DNA of 17,563 bases from Amoeboradix gromovi X-113. Taxonomy: Eukaryota > Fungi > Sanchytriomycota. Position numbers and translations under genes: made by a program. The stretch spans positions 1-17,563 of the forward strand of contig JADGIF010000144.1 in NCBI GenBank assembly GCA_018985225.1. The letters run 5' to 3'. Of this stretch, positions 10,370 to 17,563 are shown piece after piece (position 1 is the stretch's first letter; every line of letters begins with the position of its first letter). The notes beneath the pieces are model-generated. The model searched no databases, had not been told where the DNA came from, and saw only the letters and a program-made list of their open reading frames with translations.

Positions 10370-11185
10370 ATGGCAAATATTGCGGAAGAAGTAGAAGATG
10401 TGTGGGTATTCATATGCCAATACTTAGAAGTAGAAGACAAAATGAAACTGAGACTGAATCGATTTCTTGATCGAGTTATAAAATCTCCAACATTATGGAT
10501 GGTGTTGAATTTAGAAAATTCAAAAATATCCAACACTCTTATATTCCAAAATTCAATCAGAAGTTTGAAGTTCATCGAAATTAAAGATTGTAAACTGCTA
10601 AATGGTTCCGATATTATTGGAATGATAAACCATCAAAAGTTGCTAAAATTTCTTCACTTGCATTTGTTTTATGGCTTAAATGACTGTGGATCTCCAGATT
10701 TGAACTTGAATCTTAACACGCTTAAGTTGATTAACTGCGGTTTAAATGATAACGGAGTCCAGAATTGGATAGATTGCTTTCCCAGCCTTAAAGAATTAGA
10801 TTTGAGTAATAATTTACAGCTTGAAGGGAATTTCGAGATAAGCCACACTAATCTTAGTTTGCTAAACCTTTCATGCTCTAACATTGGTTCGCCTTTCATC
10901 CTAAAATTGCCAAATAGCATTTCAATTTTAATTTTGTCGCAATGCTATAAGCTGGATGAAATGGCTTTTGAATACTTTCGAAACAACAGGAGTTTGGTTT
11001 CTTTAGATATATCTTTAAATCTACAGTTGAATTTGTTCGTAGTGCATTTAAGTCATCACCATTCTCTTCGTAATTTGAATCTTCGAGGCATTAAGAATAT
11101 TCCGACAGCGCACTTGAATAGAATTTTAGATACCAACTCTCTTGATCAGTTATTAGATCCTTTAGGTCAATGGCAATACAGATAG
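10370..11185 (+). CDS. F-box/leucine-rich-repeat protein (FBXL-like)
   Basis: N-terminal F-box-like EDVWVFICQYLEVEDKMKL..PTLW, followed by LxxLxL repeats (LKELDLSNN, LSLLNLSCS, LVSLDISLN, LRNLNLRG). Confidence 0.85.
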   Translation: MANIAEEVEDVWVFICQYLEVEDKMKLRLNRFLDRVIKSPTLWMVLNLENSKISNTLIFQNSIRSLKFIEIKDCKLLNGSDIIGMINHQKLLKFLHLHLFYGLNDCGSPDLNLNLNTLKLINCGLNDNGVQNWIDCFPSLKELDLSNNLQLEGNFEISHTNLSLLNLSCSNIGSPFILKLPNSISILILSQCYKLDEMAFEYFRNNRSLVSLDISLNLQLNLFVVHLSHHHSLRNLNLRGIKNIPTAHLNRILDTNSLDQLLDPLGQWQYR

Positions 11186-11196
11186 AGTAAATCAAT

Positions 11197-11329
11197 GATT
11201 ACCAGTACGTGAGTTGCTCCATAAAAACTAGCGCAACTTAAAAAACTACTCTTGGTGCTAGAACTGGTGAAATAGACCCAAATCCTATTTGATAATCTGC
11301 GTAATGGGAGAAAGAGTTCTACAATCAGT
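11197..11329 (-). ncRNA. Candidate Fanzor1 omegaRNA: scaffold 11329-11215 plus flank-derived guide (ACTCACGTACTGGTAATC)
   Basis: Lies directly after the PEWQR* stop (11330-11332). Stems: tagaact/agttcta (11315-11321 with 11259-11265) and aaatag/ctattt (11270-11275 with 11285-11290), plus an alternative actctt/aagagt pairing. The repeat boundary marks the putative scaffold end. Guide length assumed. Confidence 0.6.
11215..11291. repeat. Direct repeat copy 1 (3' end of the second Fanzor1 element)
   Basis: Identical over 77 nt to 17487-17563; the left flanks differ immediately. Confidence 0.97.
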
Positions 11330-12960
11330 TCATCTCTGCCACTCGGGTACTTCACTGTTTTTAGGCAGAACATCTGTGACTTAGATTGTTGTAAAACGAT
11401 TCACACCCAGTGCTCCACTACATTACAACGGGTACATTAGATTAGCCTTGGATCTCTATAGTATCACTTAGTGCTAACATATGTGCCGTCACGTCTATGG
11501 CAGCAGAAGCACTCTTTTGATACTTCGAACTGGGGAATATGCAGAGATGATGTCTCATTAGCAATGGGTTCCCTAGTTTCCGGTTCCTTCTACTGTAATA
11601 GTCCTTTCTAGTATGCTTATAACCGCTGTAGCCACAGTAAATCAATTGTATTGTTATTTTTGCTCTCTCATATCTTGCCTTAACGCTTTATCTGTAATCG
11701 TAATTGATAATTTGATACTCTAAGCAGATGCCTTGCCCATTGCAGACTCCCATCAGTTCTTCATACAGCTAGTCTTCGGCTATTTTAACAAAGTCTGAGA
11801 GCCTACAATTATCAAGCAAATGTCATTTATTAATTTTTTATATCAAGACTATCAATATGGCTCAGCCATTTGAGAGTAACAAAAGGCATTCTAGTCGATG
11901 ACGCTTTACATGCAAAATTAGAGACTATCCGAAATGAGTTCGCTATCAATAAGTAATACAGAGTTGTTCTAACCAATAAGACTCCAAGAATAATTTTTAA
12001 TTGCGATTGGTCAAGGCATTTTTTGTCTCCAAACCATCTTTGAAAGTTCAAATTACAGGATTTATAGAGACACCGCTTCAGCCGTTTTCAAATCTTTTAA
12101 TTTACTCTCGTTTTTAAACATGCTTTCTCATCTTTTTTCTTTGAATACTTTTCACCATTTAAACCATACTTGCATCGATGACCCTGGGTCAATAACTCAT
12201 TACATATCATGTACTGTATCCACAAAACAAATTCCACGTCTTTTGATTGCTTTAGTAATTTTTGACTTCGTTTTGCTCAGCGTCTCAAGAATTTTTCCCT
12301 AATTTTTGGAATACTGACATAACAACAAGCATTCTTGAGTCTACCACCATTTTTGACTTCTTTAGGAAACATATTATGTGTCATAATAAACAGCTAGTCC
12401 ATCTTGAATCACTTGATGATTTTGCAGATAGATATCATGGCTTAAAAATATCCAAACATGGCACAAATATCAAAAATCCATCAGTATCTATAGACATGAC
12501 ATTCTTGGATGGAATTTCAGATTCAAGGAGTATTCCTAGTCTGACTAATTACTGCAATATCTGTTAATATTAGTAATACGACATGTAATGAATCCAAATT
12601 TGGTTCCACTCTTGGGACATCTGCGCGACAGAATGATGTTTTACCATCAAAACGAATAGGAGAGACGTACATGCAAAAATGGAGACATGCATGCAGCTAA
12701 CACAGAGTTATCTGGACACATTTTGAATCTTAAACTTATACGGATACTTAACATTTGGGTGAAAATTCACATATCCACCCAATTATCAAGGGAGATATTT
12801 GACACTTTTAAATTTCATATGCAACGAAATAGTACCAATAGTGGAAGAGCTAAGGTTGAGCAATTGGTAGAATGCGAGTACGTTCCAACATTAGTGTACT
12901 ATTCAGATGGAAGTATAGCAGTTCAACACCCCATAGTCTACAGTTTAATGCTTCCACTAT
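11330..12960 (-). pseudogene. Second Fanzor1-type nuclease pseudogene, heavily frameshifted
   Basis: Collinear motifs on the minus strand: SIDTDG (12494-12477), RuvC-I VIDPG (12196-12182), LIYCGYSGYKHTRK..RNRKL (from 11645), IPQFEVSKECFCCH (11538-11497), RLI*CTRC (CTRC 11436-11425), decayed RuvC-III, VPEWQR* (compare KPYWQK in copy 1). 5' boundary approximate. Confidence 0.8.
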
Positions 12961-13754
12961 TTCCAAATAGCCAAGACACATCTGATTTCGATGACCCGTC
13001 ATTGAAATCTATTGGCTTAGATGGCAAATAATGTATATAATTTGTATATTGAGATACTTATTTTTCCAATCCGCGTTTGGATAACATTGAGGTTTTCAAA
13101 AATGTCATCAACTTCAAATATAGAGAAGAGTAAGTTGAGGATAGATATGGTAACGTTATGGGCAGATCAACATTTAAAAACGCAAATTCGTAAAGTTTAA
13201 AAATAAATATATGAACTCGACTCAACTACAAATTGTAAAACACTAAAGCTAGTAGAATGGTAAATTTAACTACTTATCTTAAATTACTACAAATATTTTA
13301 ATATTTTGAATGGCATCATGAAGCCACTTGCGACACTTGCACTTCTGGTGGAACAGAAGTAACAGAGTTTGGCTCCAATTGATTGCTATTACATTCTCGA
13401 TGCAATAATACTACAATTTCACTGCATGAGCAGTAGTTTGAGATCAAATACTTAGGGGCATGGATGCCATATCACACACGTGGAGTGTAATCAATGTCTT
13501 TTGATAACAACAAATCTGTAGAACTCCAATGCCCCTAATGTCTGGAGGAACCAAGCTCGCAACATGTGTGTGCTGATATCACAGAGTTTTTGAACCTCTA
13601 CGTACATGTAGACTTAAAAGGAGAAAACAATATGGTAAACTAAACCCTCTTGAATTCTGCGATTTTTCTGTAGACTCTTATGATCAAGCGCTTGAAAGTG
13701 ATAAACGTATGTTGTTTTAAACTGAGTATTCTGTAACACATTCTTTTATAGTAG

Positions 13755-15012
13755 ATGTTAATCAGTTTCGTTTACATTTACTTACTAACTCTAGCAGTAT
13801 CCTTAGAGAGTTATAACATACCAATTATTTTTATTAAAAAGAGCTCAAAGTCTTCAAAATGGAGAGATATTGCTTATGAAATAACAGGAGATGATTTTAG
13901 ACCACATAAGACCTGTTTAAAGCCAGACTACCATAAGAGATATAGATCTATCGCAAAACGAAAACTTTTCTTGGCTTTAAATGTACACAATAACGAGGAA
14001 ATATTACCTCAAATGCTAGGAAATATTATTGAACTAATATCGTATGTCTCTCCGAAAAACATTTTTTTGTCTATATTTGAGTCCGGAAGCAGTGACCAAA
14101 CTAAAGATATCATGGACAAATTTATAAAAATGATTGAGCCTATGGATATTGATTTTGAAATTATATCTAGCCCAATTGAAAGAACTTCCCAAATGAATCG
14201 AATCGAGTACCTCGTCTATATTAGAAACCTGGCATTGGAACCTTTGTTTAAGCAAATTGAAGTATTAGAATCAAATTCGCAATTTGCAGACCCTCACATA
14301 GACTACGATGCCGTTGTCTTCTTAAACGATGTTTATTATTGTATCAATGACCTGATTGAACTGCTATACCAGCAAGCATTGAACGATGCCCACATTGTTA
14401 CTGGTATGGACTATGACGCACCAGGAAATGGATTACCTAGGTTCTATGACACTTGGGTTGCACACACAACTAGCGGGAAAGCAGTCAACAAGTCGCACAT
14501 GGACAGAGATATTTCGGATGACAGTGAGACTAATGATCGAATTATGAAAGGGCTCCCTGTGCAAATGGGATGTTTATGGAATGGAATGGCAGTCATGTCA
14601 ATAAAACCATTTAAAAGAGGTATTAGATTTAGAAGGGGTAATAACATTGCACCCAATTTAAAGGCACCTGGAGAATGTGCTGGCTCAGAGTGTAGCACGT
14701 TATGCCTAGATTTCTTAAAATTTGGGTTTTCTAAAATTCTTATGGTTCCTAGAGTTAAGGTAAAACTGACTGATTTAGGTAGCATATGAATCTGGAGTTT
14801 ATTCAAAGCTAAAAGAAGAAAACAATGAATTTAAAGTAGCATACCCACCAAATAGAATACGAAATCCCATGGAAGATAAAATGATTGCCAAGTGGGCTGA
14901 CCCACCTAAGCAGTTTCTTTGTATTCCTTATTTTGATGGACAGCGAGGTAGAGATCCTTCAATTGGAATGCAATACATGGAGCCTGTCATATATGAAGAA
15001 GACTATGCTTGA
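13755..15012 (+). CDS. CAP59/CMT1-like alpha-1,3-mannosyltransferase (GT69); join(13755..14759,14779..15012)
   Basis: N-terminal hydrophobic anchor; FLALNVHNNEEIL, LSIFESGSSDQT, RIEYL..IRNLALEP, VFLNDV, FYDTWV, CLWNGM, CAGSEC..LCLDF. Splicing restores VPRVKVAY. Confidence 0.9.
14760..14778 (+). other. 19-nt spliceosomal intron
   Basis: GTAAAACTGACTGATTTAG, phase 0, with a CTGAC/CTGAT branch-like motif. Removal opens a 78-codon exon. Confidence 0.88.
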
Positions 15013-15059
15013 TAATAAACCTTAATGTAAAAAATGAATTTCACTTTACTTAAATATAG

Positions 15060-16360
15060 CTACATGATGACAGCTGGTATTATTTTAGGCTCAAACAGAC
15101 TGTCGCTCTTAGCTTTAACAAACTTATCCCATTTCCTCTCCAAAACCACACTTTGAGAGTCAATCCAGGTATCGTCATCATTCGGTGCTTCTAAGGTAGG
15201 CTCAGCTAAAGAACCAGCGCGTGTTTTTCTAGCTGCTCTTTCTCTTAAATCGTGTTCGTACATATTCATCATTTGTTCAAAGTTGACTACAGTTTTTGGG
15301 GCCATTCTGTCTTTCAAATAATCATAATAAGTAGATGACAAAATTTCCTTTCTATTAGCGTCTCTTAAAGAGACTGGTATAGCACCAAATGATCTTTTGC
15401 CTTGCTCTTCGGCATCCTCTTTTGAGAGCTCGAAAAAAGTTTGAGCAAACACAGAAGGTCTTACTGTTATATCATAGTTAAGACTTGAAAACATAAAGAC
15501 TTCTAACCTTGATCTATATAAATAAGTATTTACAGGTCGTTAACATCCAAATTTGGAAACAGTTGACAAAAGTCCACATTCCAAACTGCTTGATCTTCCC
15601 ATACCTTTGAAGTCATAATTGCAGTTCCGAGTAGCCACCTAGCCCAGTTGCTAGAAGAAAAAGTAATATTGCAATGGAATATTGTCCGCTCTAAGTATAT
15701 AAAAAAAATGATTGCAGCCTCGGCTGACAGTTGAGAACTTAAAAATAAGGGCAAAAGGAATTTCTCAATTTGGCTTACTGAGGGGATAGAATTAGGGATA
15801 GAATATACTATGTTTTTGTCTAATGGGTATATCGCTTCATCTAAAATTTGACTAAGATTAGGTTTTTTGATTTTATCGTTTGCCCTCAATATATCTACAA
15901 TTCTAATAGATATTTGCCTGATGGAGTTTGGAATAGAGCCTTTATAGAGAGTGTACTGAAGAAACATAGTAGAGGTCGAGTTACACTTTCTTAGTCTCTT
16001 CTTGTGATGAGCCGTATGAAGAGCAATTCTTAGAGTTTCCATGTCTGATGGAACAGCCACCTTTTCTTCTTTTTGCTTTTGCATTAATGTCGGAGTTGTG
16101 GGGACTGTTGGGGCATTTATATCGTAGTTTTCGGAGAATACATGAAGTCTCTTAACTTTCGTTTCGCTATCAGAAGTAATAACAGGTGTTGGTGACAGCC
16201 CATCGTCTAACAAAGGTGTAGACGACAAAGGTGGAGTTGCAGCAATTTTGTTATGACTTCCCAGAAACGTTGTTTTGATTGATAAGCTTGATTTTCTTCT
16301 GGTATGAATTCCAAGGAACATTCTGTCTCTCTCATTTATATTTGAGATATAGTTTCCCAT
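15060..16360 (-). CDS. CCNY: Cyclin Y-like; complement(join(15060..15513,15534..16360)), 426 aa
   Basis: N-terminal MGN, KCNSTST, AEAAII..IYLER, NWARWLLG....SKVWEDQAVWNVDFCQ. Splicing gives DLSRLEVFMFSSLNYDITV.PSVFA..FFEL, matching the cyclin Y box. Confidence 0.9.
15514..15533 (-). other. 20-nt spliceosomal intron
   Basis: GTAAATACTTATTTATATAG, phase 2. Joins two ORFs in frame within the conserved cyclin box. Confidence 0.9.
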
Positions 16361-16500
16361 TTGGAGATTTGGTTCTTTGTTTCTCTTTAAACAATTTTAG
16401 CCTACCAATCAAATAAAAATTGGCTTGGAACATTCGATTTGAAGAAACGGATTCACGCAAACACTTAACTTCAAAATAATTATACTCGTCACACGTCACG

Positions 16501-17466
16501 ATGTTGAAAACATTTTTTCCCAAACTTGTGCAAAATAGTCGGGATAGAAAGTTGTACATTGGCACTTTCAACTCGTCAAAAGTAAGCATTGTTACTGGAA
16601 AGAAATTAGATTATTCTATTTGGTCTAGTTTATTCCACTCTAACGTTTGCGGTGTGCTAAAAGTGTTTGAGGAGAATGAAGAGCATTGTGTTGTATATCC
16701 GGTTGCTGGGCGAAGTATACATGATCTAGTTAAGCTATATGGTCGATACTCAGAAGACATGTGTTGGAAAGTTTTGGAACAAATGCTGGATGTCGTTCGA
16801 TATTTGCACGACTTAAATGTCCTTCATAACAACCTGACTTCAAAAGTAGTTTATATGCAAGAAAAGCTCAACACTATTAAAATAGGGGATCTTTTGGATG
16901 CTACAATTGGAAATTACTCTAAATTAGGTAGAAACGGTAAAAATAACACCAGGAACAAGGAAATATCAAGAATTGGTATTATACTCTTTGAGATGATTTC
17001 AGGATCGATCATACGGACCCATTTGACATCTGAAGACCTCAAGGCACTGAAATGTAGCAGCTCCATGAAAAGTATGATTCTGCAACTTATCACAAGGCCA
17101 GCAACCTTTGATAACTTGAATCAAAAGATGCTGAAAGCTAATAGAACACCAAGTGTGTCCCAGGTAAAGTTGTTGAACAGTAAAGATTCTTGGACTGTCA
17201 TATTTGATTGCCTTGGTGGTAGTTTGAGCGCCGAACTTGTAAATTGCCCGGATAGAATGAAAGTTGAAATGGTTAAAGAGTATCTTTGCTCCAACTATTC
17301 TAAGTTTTCCTTGTCTTATTGCAACTTAAGAAAAATCATTACATTCCACCCCAACAAGGCCGAATTCTTAAAGCTCAACTCCAGTTTAACAGAGTTTGAC
17401 CATTCTAACTTGTCTTGGATCTTGTTAGAAGTATTGTATTACGAATCAGTGTTGTACTCTCAATAA
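16501..17466 (+). CDS. Protein kinase-fold protein, probable pseudokinase
   Basis: VRYLHDLNVLHNNL (HRD replaced by HNN), IKIGDLL (DFG replaced by DLL), IGIILFEMISG. No clear Gly-rich loop or APE motif. Confidence 0.7.
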   Translation: MLKTFFPKLVQNSRDRKLYIGTFNSSKVSIVTGKKLDYSIWSSLFHSNVCGVLKVFEENEEHCVVYPVAGRSIHDLVKLYGRYSEDMCWKVLEQMLDVVRYLHDLNVLHNNLTSKVVYMQEKLNTIKIGDLLDATIGNYSKLGRNGKNNTRNKEISRIGIILFEMISGSIIRTHLTSEDLKALKCSSSMKSMILQLITRPATFDNLNQKMLKANRTPSVSQVKLLNSKDSWTVIFDCLGGSLSAELVNCPDRMKVEMVKEYLCSNYSKFSLSYCNLRKIITFHPNKAEFLKLNSSLTEFDHSNLSWILLEVLYYESVLYSQ

Positions 17467-17486
17467 AGTCTTTTTTATTTCGAACA

Positions 17487-17563
17487 TGCTCCATAAAAAC
17501 TAGCGCAACTTAAAAAACTACTCTTGGTGCTAGAACTGGTGAAATAGACCCAAATCCTATTTG
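17487..17563. repeat. Direct repeat copy 2 (Fanzor1 element 3' end / putative omegaRNA scaffold), truncated by the window edge
   Basis: 77/77 identical to 11215-11291 and runs off the window. Minus-strand flank is TGTTCGAAATAAAAAAAG. Confidence 0.97.

Noticed and set aside
12120-13031. Plus-strand ORFs 12120-12302, 12262-12567 and 12687-13031 as genes
   Set aside because: No recognisable domains; they are antisense shadows of the minus-strand Fanzor1 fossil.
12960-13320. Left terminal inverted repeat for the second Fanzor1 element
   Set aside because: No inverted copy of the 11215 end was found by eye; the left boundary remains undefined.
11215-17563. The 77-nt direct repeats as LTRs or a CRISPR-like array
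   Set aside because: Only two copies, 6.3 kb apart, enclosing housekeeping genes with no gag/pol. The position directly after a Fanzor stop explains them better.
1-17563. Prokaryotic IS200/IS605 or viral origin of the window
   Set aside because: Intron-containing eukaryotic housekeeping genes; no TnpA, operon structure or viral hallmark genes seen.

Overview
AT-rich, very compact eukaryotic DNA, most consistent with an early-diverging fungus or relative (lineage is inference). Host genes: TEL2, a FAM114A-like gene, NPC1/NCR1, a small Myb/SANT protein, an F-box/LRR protein, a CAP59/CMT1-like GT69 glycosyltransferase, cyclin Y and a probable pseudokinase. Several neighbouring genes are only 34-50 bp apart. 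Two things stand out. (1) The larger intergenic gaps hold eukaryotic OMEGA (Fanzor/TnpB-like) relics. There are two decayed Fanzor1-type genes (224-1459 +; about 11330-12960 -, the second obscured in the ORF track) and two mutually related Fanzor2/TnpB-type remnants (about 483-720 -, nested in the first Fanzor1; about 9784-10120 -). The structured non-coding 3' end of the second Fanzor1 recurs with 77/77 identity at the window end with a different flank, the pattern expected of a conserved omegaRNA scaffold plus variable guide. (2) Four host genes need ultra-short 19-20 nt GT-AG introns to restore their C-termini. No intact Fanzor nuclease or transposase is visible. All assignments come from motif recognition by eye, not database searches.
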